Shown here piece by piece: positions 1 to 12,345 of a DNA stretch of 64,000 bases. The stretch lies in assembly GCF_026571515.1 (NCBI RefSeq), contig NW_026860870.1, positions 62,001-126,000 on the forward strand, written 5' to 3'. The notes beneath the pieces are model-generated. The model worked only from the letters and a program-made list of their open reading frames with translations, searched no databases and was not told the DNA's origin. This stretch comes from Ruditapes philippinarum (Eukaryota). A program made the translations under genes and the position numbers. Position 1 is the stretch's first letter; each line of letters begins with the position of its first letter.

Positions 1-1993
1 AATCATACAATTTTTATTATAAATTTTAACATATTCAGACTTTTAGTATATCTTTGTAACATCCGTCCCCTACCAACACGGTCTGCATAAGATGTAAAAT
101 TTTGAAAAAAAAGTATTCAAAAACTTATCCTTTCTTTCCAAAAATATTGTTACAGACATCCTAAGGTTCTTAAAAAAAAGCAAATATTTACTTGTATGTT
201 TAACTTTATTTTTTTACTTAGATGCTAACACAATTGGCCCATTTGCTGTGCAGCAGGCATTTAGCATTTTACTCCAAGACAAGGGAAACAACTCATATCT
301 TTTCACTCAATATACCGCTGTTATTTACATAGTTCACATCAAGTGTTCATGGGTGTATTGCCTGCATTTTTGTCACAAATAAATTCATTAATAAATGCTT
401 TAATCTCTCCCAAGGTTTACCCAAAGTAACCAGTGTTTGGTTTTGAAAGAATATCTTGGGAAAACAGTAGTGTGTAATAAGGTAATTAATCTTTCTTTTT
501 GAAGATTCTAAGCAAGAAAAACTTCATTTTTCTTTAATACCTTTAACAAACATTTGGATAAAAAAATGTTTAGCACTTTAACATTTTAATGATTGATAAT
601 CGAGACCAATTGATTAAATTAGGTGTCATATTAGTTTCTGGCTTATACCACAATTAAATATCATGGTTCTTCAACATATTGAATCTCATCAAACTAAAGA
701 ATGTGAACTGAACAAGTTATAACCAAACAAATGTATGGTATATGCCACACTAGCAATTGTTTAACTTGTCCGAAAATATCAATGTCCGAAAACAGTGAAG
801 TTTAGCAAATAAATTTGACATAATTGTGACTTCGTGAAATTTTAAAGGATTTCATTAGCGATACATTTATGTACATTGTAAGTTTTTATGGAGAAAACTT
901 TAATAGTTTTTGTAAAATACCGTGCATACTCATCAAAATAATGGGTGCCTTTCATCGTTCTTCGGGTTGTCTTCTTTAAAAGCCGTCTAAAGTCGTACTC
1001 AAAAGAGTACGGGAGATATTAATTGACGGTCTACGGTCTCCAATAACCCTCGATTAAATAGAACACGACAAGTACAAGAAACGGTGGAAAACAGAAAACT
1101 TAGGAATATTTGAAGACTCATCCTTCTAATTCTTCAGAATTCTTCAATTCACTGAAAATTATTTGTGGGCACTGGTTAGAACAAGTTACAAAAAGTGAAA
1201 AATTAAAAAAAGGGTAAAACTTTTAACATTTTCATAACTTTGCTTTAATAAAATTTTATCATTTTAAAGGTCATAAATGGAATAATTTACTGCTCTTAAA
1301 ATGACGGGTCGAAACATATGACCCTCTGACTCTATGTCTTCTAAATAAATGTTATTTTCAACATGACGTTACTGACTATGCTATGTATAGATCCACGTAT
1401 TTTCAACGTCTATCATTAAATTATGGAACAATTTGCAAAATGTGTAACAGACCTTCACCGAAAGATTTAAGTATCATTTTAAGAATTTTAATAAAAGCAG
1501 TAAACTTTCCTAAGATTATACATGAAGTTGAATCGGATGGGTCATGGGCGGTTTATGTGTCTGTTTCATATGCTGTGTACGTGCTCTACTCTTGCCAACT
1601 TTAGATATGATGATTTATTTACAAAGAAGCACGCTCTCTAGCAAGAGCTTGTTTTTGTCTTAAATAATACACGGGGAGGTATACCAATAGTTTAACAATT
1701 TGTCTGAAGTGTCACCATATATTTTACGGTTCTTGTCTGAATTAATATACAAGTACTGCACAAATCGTGTCATAACTTAAGGAATAAAAATAAAACATAG
1801 TTTATATTGATGGTCTTTATTTTTTTACCAGTAACAAACACAATGATACACAAATAATACTTGCAGAATATTTATATTCTTAAAAAGATATTTTATCCTT
1901 TTTATAAATCTTTAAATGAACAAATAATTTGTCTGAAACGTTCCTTTCAAAGGTATGTAATCTAACTATATTTTATGTCCGCAAAGATCACAA

Positions 1994-2432
1994 TCAGACA
2001 CCTGACTCCAGACCAGTTTTCACAAGGTCTTCTTTTGAACTGTCTTCGCAAGTTGTAAACTGAACCAAAGCATCTACGAAGACGCTCCTTGGAATCTTTC
2101 CATCAACTGGCTTAAAATCATGGAAGAACTTCTTGTCTAAAGACACATTATCATGGCCTAATGCCTTAAAGGCATTCACAAACTCTTCTTCTGTAATACC
2201 CTCTCCACATAAATCTACCATGCTAAACACTGTGGTAAAATATTTTCTTCTTTTTTCGACATATTTATCTTTGTCGGCCTTGAAGTCGTCGTTCTGCATT
2301 TCAACAAACTCATCTTCAGTAATTGGACCAGGTTTTCCATAGAATACGTTTTCTGACAACAATTTGTCCATTGTTTCAATAACCTTTTTCTTTTGCTCTG
2401 GATCCAAATGGTTAATCGCAGCAAATCTTTCC
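1994..2432 (-). CDS. SCP-like EF-hand protein, paralogue 1, last coding exon (CDS join 2918-3018, 1994-2432; 179 aa)
   Basis: Acceptor ttattaAG at 2433-2434. The phase-2 junction GA|G GAA AGA TTT joins the upstream exon in frame. The product has SCP-type motifs (GPITEDEF, DLCGEGITEEEF, FKALGH, QFTTCEDSSK). Stop TGA at 1994-1996. Confidence 0.9.
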
Positions 2433-2917
2433 CTTAATAAAAAAGAAAAGTAGTCAAACATTTTCTACAAAGGAAACATTGGCAAAACAAAATGGATTAA
2501 GTAATTACTCAAATATCCTAAAAGAAGTTAAGACGTGTGCAGCATTTTCTAAAAATGTGCTGAAAATATGCTACAATAATGCTAAAGTATCTGTTGATGT
2601 ACTATAAAAATATAACACTTTTGTCCTTGTTATTCAAACATACTGTTCCGATATCAAAGAAAACTATGAACGTAACTTTGTCACAAATACAAAATGTAAT
2701 TAGATTCTGTAAGCCCGACTATATAATGTAGTAAACATGATTCCGCCAAAAGTTTTCAGTAATTGGAATTAATATGCTGTCGAACGATCGGTATCATTGA
2801 AAGTCTTTATGCATACAGAAACCACCCTTATATTGTTTACTACTCATAGTGTCAGTACAGACACATGTATGTTTCGTTCAATAAAAGTGTGTGTCAAATT
2901 TTGCCTTTTTTACTTAC

Positions 2918-3018
2918 TCCTTTTCTTTTACGTCCTCTCCTGAAAGTTTGTTTTTATGTTTTACATCATATAGCCTGAACCATAGTCGCCATTTACTTTT
3001 CAAGTAATCGTTTGCCAT
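2918..3018 (-). CDS. SCP-like paralogue 1, first coding exon (MANDYLKSKWRLWFRLYDVKHKNKLSGEDVKEK)
   Basis: ATG at 3016-3018, donor GTAAGT at 2912-2917, acceptor AG at 3028-3029. The 101-nt length is identical in all three paralogues, and the N-terminus is SCP-type. Confidence 0.9.
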
Positions 3019-3083
3019 GTTTATTTTCTACAATGTACAAAATGTAATTCACTTTAATGAAAAGATATCATTATTCAATCATT

Positions 3084-3630
3084 TAGACTGAACTATAATT
3101 GCCATTTACTTTTCAAGTTCTAGTTTACCATTTCTGTTTTATTCAATATACAAAAATGCAATGTGTTTCAATGAACAGATGACAATTTTGCTTCATTCTA
3201 ATGAACAGATGACATTTTTGCCTCATTCTAATGAACGATTATGTTTTTGCTTCCTTCTTCTCTAATTGTTTACATTGTTTATTTTATTCATTATACAATT
3301 TGCAACATACTTTAATGAACAGATGACACGTTTGCATCATCCTAATGAAAAGATTGCATTTTTGCTTCATTCTAATGAACGACTTCATTGTTGCTTAATT
3401 TATTGAACAGTTTGCATTTTTTCCCATCTTCCTAATGAACAAAATGCATTTTTGGCATCAACTGCATGACTAATATAGTCGCCATTTACTTATCAAGTAA
3501 TCGTTTACCATGTTTATTGTCTGCAATATACAAAAGACAATACACTTTAAAGAACAGATACCATTATTTGCATCATTCGGTCTGAACAATAATTGCCAAT
3601 TACTTATGAAGTACTAGTTTACCATGTTTA
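3084..3630 (-). pseudogene. Three decayed partial copies of the paralogue-1 first coding exon, with an interspersed ~30-bp repeat
   Basis: ATG GTA AAC ... AGT AA(A/T) TGG motifs with ATGs at 3129-3131, 3509-3511 and 3623-3625, each with an in-frame stop. A ctaatgaacagatgacatttttgc-type repeat occupies about 3165-3450. Confidence 0.8.
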
Positions 3631-4219
3631 CTTCCACAATTATACATGTGCATATAAAGCAATACATTTTAATGCATAGATAACACCTGCTATTTGTGGC
3701 TCATGCCATGTTTTTCTAACATGAAAAAGTGCAAAAGAAGAAATATTCTATATTCAAAGATATATTCAAAGAATATAAAAATATAACTGTAAACAACCAT
3801 ATGTATTGCAAATGCACACGAAGTGATCTTCATCATGTTTATCACGTTCATGTATCATGGAAAACAAAACCACAAAAACAATCGGGAACCTTAGTGACCC
3901 ACACGGCCTAAAAAATGCAAGTCGTGGGTCAGTTGGGGGCAAATGTAAGATTCCGTCCTGAATGTACAAATAGTGAGAGAAAACACAGGCAATAGGTAAC
4001 ATTGGTGACCCACACGACCTAAATGAAAATACACGTGTATTTCATTGGTCAGATGGGTTTAAATGAAAGAGACTGTCATTAATATAATGCACATTTCTTT
4101 TGTGCGTGACAATGGTGTAAAGAACGTATTAACACGAGTATTCTATAATTTACTAACTTTTTCTAAATCATTAAGAATCTAACATATTCATGGCGTTGTC
4201 GGAGACAATGCGACAATAA

Positions 4220-4376
4220 TATTATCTGTCACGTGTTGCAGTCCGGATATATCTGTCCCTCGGACGTACCCGTACATTGGGCTGTGACGTGGCTTGCCGC
4301 GTTGAGTTGCCTCTTATGAGCGGGTACCCCAGGAACGGATATTCCGAGCTGAACCGCTAACAAATGTCAGATATTT
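4220..4376. mobile_element. Degenerate long-hairpin element fragment (Crypton-like non-autonomous type)
   Basis: Imperfect palindrome tatctgtcac...cggatat...gtacccg / cgggtac...attccg...gtcagata, with the same architecture as 27498, 33674 and 62411. Confidence 0.4.
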
Positions 4377-4995
4377 GCTATTGCAAATTCTTCCAAATAT
4401 TCAGTGGATGGGTTTCCTCTATAATATACTTGTCTTATATGTAAGAAAACATATATTGTTCTTCCATATGTAATTATTGAACAGTTACAAAGAAAATATT
4501 ATCGCGGTGCAACAAAATCATGTCTTTTGCGGGGTAAAAAGTGAGACAATCTCACAGACTTGGTTATTCTTTTAGATTTTGTACCAGTAATCATTTTTGT
4601 GCCAGAATGATTATTCTAGGCGTGTAAAATGACCTAAGAAAAGAAAAGCGTTTAATCGCGATTAATTTAACATGTTAAATCGGGTTTAAAAACGTACTAC
4701 TTATCAAGTTAAATTTAATTTTAATAAATTTAATTTTAAGTACATTTTCATATTTTTTTCCGTATTGAGTGTTCAAGGTAAGATTTTAAAATTTTATGTT
4801 TTAGACCTTTGGGCCTCAGTGGAGTTCTTTAAATGTCTTAAAAAGATGCTCGTTGAAGTAGTAGACAAATATGAATAAAATGTTTTAAAATTGTGAAGAA
4901 ATTTAGGCTATAACTAAAGACTTTATGTATTTTAACAATATTATTAGTCGCCGGTAGAAACCGGCGACTATATTTGTAACAGTTTAATATTATAC

Positions 4996-5020
4996 CTATG
5001 GTAGGAGAAGCCCTTAAAAT
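4996..5020 (-). other. Candidate 25-nt 5'UTR exon of SCP-like paralogue 1
   Basis: ttattttcAG acceptor and TAG|GTATA donor on the minus strand. Paralogue 3 has an analogous mini-exon. Confidence 0.35.
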
Positions 5021-8000
5021 CTGAAAATAAAAGCATATCAATCATTGAACAATTAAAGACAAAAATTATTTTTCAGTAATCTCAAAAATTCAAACATATG
5101 ATAACTTTGCTCAGTGAAATGAAATATGCACATATTGACATCTTAAAAAGCAACATTACAATTTTCATAAAATGAATCAATAACGTATCCCCAAAGGATC
5201 AGTCATTGAATATTAGGGTTACTTTTACTTTTTTTCTATGCGTCAAGCATTGCTATTTTATAATATATAAATCATGAATTATATTTGAAATGACACTTTA
5301 AAATTATTTGGTTGTTTATATTTAATGAGACCTATTATATTACATTATCTTATCTAATTATAAACAAATTCTCCCTGGTCTTTTCGTAAGAATCACGTGA
5401 CTACATGTTTATATATGTTGTATATCGTTATAAAATCTATTAATAGTAACAGATTGCTGATAAGCAAAAGGTGTGGTAGCTGATAAGATGCAAATCATTG
5501 TAATTCTGTACAGATAATTACATAAGGGATTTTTTTTATTAATCAGTTTCATACTTTATATCATTGGAAAAACCTGTTTACTCATATTTTACACATTAAA
5601 AATAAATTTTCAAAACCTTTTCCTTTCTTTTTGGTAACGGGTTAAACTTGGCCCTTTCTGTCAAACTTTCGACAAGAAAATTCAAAAGTTAAGTTTAGGT
5701 TGAACATCCCAAAATAATTTTATGCTTAAGAGGCACTTTATTGAAATATATAATGGTAATCGTTGATTTCGGTATATTCCGTCTGTTTCCGTCACGCAGG
5801 TTTCCAAAACGGTATGACGTTAGGGTCCGGAATCGTATTAGATACATAGAAAAAAAATAAAATATCTTTGTGTTGATAGTTTATCGCACTGAAAGGCAAT
5901 TAAACGTTAATTTTTGTATATCGTATGTAACGATGGGAATTCATGTATTGATTTCAACTAAATTATATATTTTTTCTATAGCTTATAATAATGATGTACA
6001 ACACTTTTACAGTTAAATTGTATTGTTTCATGAAATAATTAAACATATATATTTTCATAGTCACTTTGCAAATATTCGATGATCGGTAATTATTTGTGGG
6101 TAATTATCTGAATCAGAACTAGTAACCTATACAGATTTCAATGTATGGTACAAAAGTATATGTATAAAGTACAATTACAAGAAGAATTACCAGCATATCA
6201 CTTGCCTTACAAGCCTCAGTGGCAATTAAACATTACTCAAATCATTGTTCTTCTTGTTTTTATACTTGAACCATTAAACTTATATTTTCTTATATCTATG
6301 ATAATACAATCATTTTTCTATCCGGCGACTTGATGCTTTAGCATCAAAATCTCTACTTGTTATTATTATTGCTACGTTAATTAAATTAAAAAAAAATAAA
6401 ACGAACAAACGCATGAATTAATTTATGAAGTATATTGATGAATAAATGTATGAATGAATGACTTGACTAAACTCGTTATGTTAAGTTTAAAACAATAAAA
6501 TATTTCAATTATCGACGAAAAAAAAGAAGAAATTTCCAACGTACCTTTCACGTATCTTATTAAGTTTCACTAACAACTATCAGGTCAAAACGCGGATCTA
6601 GTTTGCGGAAACTAGGACAAATTTGTTATTCATTGTGGCAAAAAAAGCAATCCCCGCACGTAGCTACAAAATGAAACAGAAGTTTAAGATAATATCATGA
6701 AATGTAGCGTTGCTGTCCGGAGACTAGGTGATATTTGTTGTTTGTAATGTTGTAACGAATTTTTTTTTTTTGCAATTTCTGCAAGTTACAACTTGATGTA
6801 TACGTGTGTACGAATTGATGTGTTGAAGTACATTTATATTGCATATAAAACCTTTCCTTAAAGTCTAATATCTGAGGTGGCTTCTGGTTTGAAACAGGAA
6901 AGTATATAATCTACTCATAGTACCAGAAAAAGACGGGTTTTTTTTTTATTTATTTGGTGTCTTTCGGACATGAGTTTACGGGATCGTGAGCGATTTTGGT
7001 AATCTCGTTATTTTGGACAAAACATAATAAGTCATTTATAATTAAGTAAATTTCTGTGTTAAAGTAGCTTTTCATTTGAGAATTAATGAAATTTTAAAAG
7101 CAGTGTAAGATGTTTAATTGGAGGAGCACGTTTCACATAATTATCTTAAATATCCGAGAAATATTAACTCCTTTGAACCATTTAATAATTTGGACGTGTA
7201 ACTTACTTTAAAAAAATCTTTATATTATTAAACTAATTTTAAATTGATTAATGGAAACCTTACTTATATTCAGGTCTTTCTGTAATTTTTTATATGTGAT
7301 AATAATTTATACCGCTGCTGCTGGGTTTGGTATCAGAAATCTTACACAATAAATTATTTGCAGTAAAAATTAAACACGCTGCTTTGTTTTCTTTTCCACT
7401 AATATCTCGTTTACTAGTGAAAATACACTTAGTTTTTTTATATCGAAATTATGCCTAAAAACATGCAACACTGATATGCCAGAATTGCTTGTTTACTGGA
7501 AAAAAGTTTTTGCTATACATATTTTGTTTATTTATAATTTTACATGTTTTATTGGGATATGTTCGTCATTCTCTATTTACGTGGCACTTGCATGCTAACT
7601 TAATATGCCGCTATTATTCACTGTAATTATTATAAAATGATGCTTATACGTTGTTTCCTTGATGTAAGTCTAAATTGAAAGTTTGTAAGCTTGAAAAATT
7701 GGATGTTCATAGCAGTTTTTGTTATTCTCTAATGTAGAGACATTCGGATAACAAACAAAATAACGAAACAACGAAATAAATATATAATGCCCCGTCTTTT
7801 TTCCCCTTCCATAAAAAACACAAAATGTCAAACTTTGAACATAATTGCAATGACATTTATTGTAAAACATGAAAGTGTAATTATTATACTGGAATTTGTC
7901 TCATTGTATAATAAAGAATGTGAGGCCGCAACATTTAGTAAACATATGTTTGTTATTTAGCACAATCCATTTTTATTTCCCAATTGCAATTTATTTGTTG

Positions 8001-9513
8001 GGGATCTACTACAGTTTACGGAATGGTACTTATACCTGATATTATAATTTAGTTTTATGTATGGAAGACAAATAACCGTTTTCTTAATAATTTAGATATT
8101 CTATACGAAAATGTCAACCAGCAGTTTCCAATATACCAATAATTAAGTATCAGGCAGTATAATTTATATTGTAATTGTCAGATTTTTGACGGCCATTTTG
8201 TACGCTATCTTGCATGGTATGCTTTACATTCTTTTGTATCTTTTCAAAATAATATGACAGTCCAAATTACAGGACCGTAAATTCCTCGATTTTTTTAAGG
8301 AATGGCGATGTATTAATGATTTAGTCGGTGCTAGGGAGCGTAGACCATGTTTTCATAACATTTAATGAATAGGCCCAATGAAGAAATCTTTATACAATTA
8401 TTTATCTTTAATTGCTCTTTCTATTCCCCTTTTTCAGAATTTAATAAGTTTCTAGTTAATTTGAAATAAAGCAAAACATAATAAAGGAATGTACGAAACA
8501 TCTCGTTGGAGATAAGCATTGAACATTTGATTAATCACAATGCACCCCATTAAACTATCTCTTTTGATTACAAACTTTTTATTTAATAAATCTCATCACA
8601 ATGAATATGACACTTTAATATTCAATTATTTTATATTTTAATAGAGGTTCAAAACGTTCGTTAATATGAATCTTTATTTGGATGTGCATGTTGAGTATAT
8701 GTACCTAATCAACATGCATGTACTGAGGAACAAGTCAATATATCATCAACGACCTCCAACAACCGTGGCACGGCGATCTGTTCACCTTCGTAAGGAGTAA
8801 CCAAAAATAAGTGTGTGGTTTAAATTATTACATAATTAAGGTCGTAGAGATCAACAATATACAAGAAAGAATGTCAAAAAGTATAAAGAGTTTATTGAAT
8901 TAATTATATAGCTGTACTTAGATGATTAATATTTGAACTAATGAATGTTACAACTTGTATTCTGACACAAGGATATTTGTATACTAATTTAAACCATACA
9001 TTTGTCTTAAATGAGTATAATAATAATGCTGTAACTTATTAAAAGTTTCGCTATAATTTTAGTGCTTCTATTTTTTGCCAACACATATAAAAGAATAAAT
9101 TGGTCACAGTACACATACATGATTAATTATGCTACTTTTGAGAAATATTGCACAACGATTTTTTAAGTACATACATATCTAGAAACTTTGGAAGCATCAT
9201 TAAGCTTACGATATATCATTTAGAACATTATTAAGTTTTGTATTTTGATTTAAAAAGTGGTTATTGACAATTCGCTACACCATGTATAGGTTAATGTTAC
9301 ACGAGATAATTAAAAAAGCAGCATCCAAATTTTCAATGTCTAAGTAAACATATGATTATGAATGTTACATAGACCTGTAAAAATCAGTTTTGACAAAGTA
9401 TGTGTTAGGCTAGTCCATCACCGGAACACAGACTGACAGACATTTCCTGATAACGAAATGTATATCGTGAAATGCAACACTAGAATCAATTACTTAAAAT
9501 GCAGTGTTAGTGT

Positions 9514-9952
9514 TTACACGCCGGTTTCCAGGCCAGTTTTGACAATGTCCGGTTTAGAGCTGTCCTCACAAGTTGTGAACTGGACCCATGAATCGATCAA
9601 GGCGCTCAATGGCACTTTTCCATCGACTGGATTGTACAAATGATAGAACTGTTTATCAAGCGCTATGTTATCGTGGCCACTGGCTCTAAATGCGTTCACA
9701 AATACTTCTTCAGTAACACCCTCTTCGGACAAATTCATGGTCTGGAAAAGAATGGTGAAATAATTTCGTCGTTTAGCAATGTATTGCTCCTTGTCGGCTT
9801 TAAAGTCTTCATCTTGCATGGCTACAAACTCATCTTCAGAGATCGGTCCCGGCTTTCCGTAGAATACATTTTCGTTAACCTGTTTATCTATTGTCGCCAT
9901 CACCTGTTTCCTTTGGTCTCCCTCAATGTGGTTAAGTATGACGAATCTATTC
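9514..9952 (-). CDS. SCP-like paralogue 2, last coding exon (CDS join 10945-11045, 9514-9952; 179 aa)
   Basis: Acceptor tttttcAG at 9953-9954; GA|G AAT AGA TTC is in frame. The 439-nt length equals that of paralogue 1, and the homology is clear (ENVFYGKPGPI, QFTTCEDSSK, VKTGLE). Confidence 0.92.
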
Positions 9953-10030
9953 CTGAAAAACAATGATCTTGTTAAATTAAATGGGAACAGAACAGTTGTG
10001 TGCTTGTTTATGTTATTTTCATCATGATAC

Positions 10031-10385
10031 TTAGAGGATATTCAAGTTTTTTCTAGAAATACAGGGTTTATTTTCATCGAGTGGTATAAAAATTAATATT
10101 TCATGAGTGGCGGTACGAAGCCACAAGCGAAATATGATTATTTTCATATCGCCATGATGAAAATATTTTTCTGTTTATTATATTCAATCTTTTTTATATT
10201 ACATTTTGAAAGACTTCCCCTAAACATTCTGTATTGGCTGAATTCAGAAGAAAGTAGTCCAGCAAAAATCCAGTGAAAATACGGAAAATATACTTCACTG
10301 CAGTGAAAAATATTTTTTTTTCAATGACATACAGAAAATAAAACTCAATATTTCAATATTTCTCATCATTTCATGTATAAAGTAT
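10031..10385 (+). mobile_element. Crypton-like non-autonomous element (degenerate)
   Basis: Starts tagaggatatt and has a gagtggc...gaagccac hairpin, like 33674. Its 3' part (gtattggctgaatt...gtgaaaatacggaaaat) recurs at about 23890-24030. Confidence 0.5.
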
Positions 10386-10944
10386 ACAAGAACGTTGTTT
10401 TATTCTCTATTGTAGGATAGGTTGCTGATTAAATAAAATAGTTGTTTAGATAGACTTTAAAAAATGTTTGATCAAATGGTATCTGGCGTGAAGTTAACTC
10501 AAATGTAAGTGTACCTTAATTTGATTGATGATATGTTTTCGAGACTTTAGACATTTTTGTTTACTTATTGATAGTAAAAAAGTTCACACAAAATATAATT
10601 AAAACACGCATATATAAGCTGTGTAGTTTTTCTTATTAAAGAAAATCATTTATAACTTGTCAACATATTCGTAAGAAATTGAACAAAAATCTATTTTACA
10701 ATGATAATGCGTATAATAAACGTACATTATTTTGTAAAACGATAAGGTATACAAATATATTATCTTGCCACAATAACGTAAAAACCAAAGACCAAGCATA
10801 AAAAAGTTATGTTGCGATGAAAATATAGAACTTCTGTTTATAGAGAAAACGTACATTGTTTTGCCAAACAAAAAAGTGGAACACGCAAGGAAATAATATG
10901 TAAAAAGAATAGATTATTATGTTCAATTATGTAATTGTACTTAC

Positions 10945-11045
10945 TCTTTTGCAGTTATATCATCATGCGAAAGTTTATGTTTATGCTCTGCATCGATGGC
11001 CCCAAACCACATTCTCCACTTGTTCTTTAAATATTCATTCGCCAT
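10945..11045 (-). CDS. SCP-like paralogue 2, first coding exon (MANEYLKNKWRMWFGAIDAEHKHKLSHDDITAK)
   Basis: ATG at 11043-11045, donor GTAAGT at 10939-10944, acceptor AG at 11063-11064; 101 nt. Confidence 0.92.
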
Positions 11046-11304
11046 ATTTATATACTTTATATCTGTTAAATAAATGATATTTCGAATGTAAAAAAATGCA
11101 TATTAAAACAAGTGTATTATAAGTGTGACTAAAAAATGTGCAAAATATTGAGTATGAAATTATTAAAGAATATTGAACTCTTATAAAATTGCTATAAATG
11201 CAATTATGCACAGCCTAGCACCATACTTAATGATTTTCTTTTCAACATCCAGATAACAATATAGAATACAAAGAAACATAATAAAATTAAATTAAATGCG
11301 TTAC

Positions 11305-11353
11305 CTGTTTAAACAAGTGGTCTGTTTCCCGCTCACTATAGAACTGTTTTATA
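11305..11353 (-). promoter_or_regulatory. Candidate TATA box and short non-coding first exon of paralogue 2
   Basis: TATAAAA at 11347-11353 (minus strand) and a CAG|GTAA donor at 11305. The spacing fits a TSS near 11320-11325. Confidence 0.5.
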
Positions 11354-11944
11354 TTACATACGTCCTCTTCGTTCGAAAACAATGTATGCGCATGCGCGCA
11401 AGTTTATAAGTGTCCATACGAGTATTAATCAAAATCACATAGCTATATTTAAATGTAATTAAACAGACAATCGAGACGATTTAGGTATTGTTCTGTTGTA
11501 ACTATACTACGTGTCGTTATGTTAATTACATAAATAATTAATAGAGGCAAGGACTGGATATGAAAGCATACATAAGCGGCAATAAAGTGTCAAAAAATTA
11601 AACAAAACAAAAAACAAAAACGTTGTTCTTCACCTACGGATTCAAATTCGGGCCGTTGCAAAGTGTTCTAAGTCAACAAGTCAACATCCTTCTATATCGT
11701 GATAATACGTTGTAAGACAATAACACAATAAAGAAATCATTGAATTAAATTTAAACAAAAAAATGATTTGCCCTTGTCACCAGCAGAGGCTGATCATGGT
11801 TTATACTGTTGGCGGTTGATATAGCCCTAAATCTTTGACTGAACTATTCAAAATGCGACGCAAAACAAATCCGTTTCACATTGCTTACATAGCAGATAGG
11901 GGATAAAGCACGACTTTAAGACTTACAGACTTACAGACTTACAG

Positions 11945-12345
11945 AAGTGTTGAGAATTGAGTACCGCTCAACCCGGTGCTAGGGGGCGTGAGGGATGTTG
12001 CACTTATTCATTATCCCTCATGTACAGACTCTATCAAACCGAGTCTGCAATTCTCTTGTAATTTTGTTTCCAGATTTTTATACTTCACAACAGCAGGTGT
12101 CAAGTGCTGTGTGACAGCTGTAAAAAGTCGACTTCACTTCAGTGTTGTTATATTTTTCTGGTCCTTCGGGATCATCGATGCCAGCACTATTAAGTGTTGA
12201 GAATTAAGTACTGCTCAAGCCGGTGCTAGGGGGAGTGAGGGATGTTTCACGTATTCATTATTCCTCATGTACTGACTCAGTCAAACCGAGTCTGCAATTC
12301 TCTTGTTATTTTGTTGTGATTAATGCTTCCGTATTAGATTTTTAT
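11945..12345 (+). repeat. About 1.6 tandem copies of a structured ~270-nt non-coding unit (second locus at 38168-38470, opposite strand)
   Basis: aagtgttgagaatt recurs at 11945 and 12192 (period 247, because of an internal deletion). The sequence closely matches the reverse complement of 38168-38470 but starts at a different point. It is preceded by (AGACTTAC)3 at 11919-11942. Confidence 0.85.

Noticed and set aside
1061-1075. 15-mer gaacacgacaagtac shared with 20769-20783
   Set aside because: No extended homology is visible; it may be chance or an unrecognisable repeat relic.
7259-7311. Possible TATA plus first exon of paralogue 1 (a similar cttacttata site at 22501 for paralogue 3)
   Set aside because: The donor and TATA-like words are plausible but too common in AT-rich DNA to call without transcript data.
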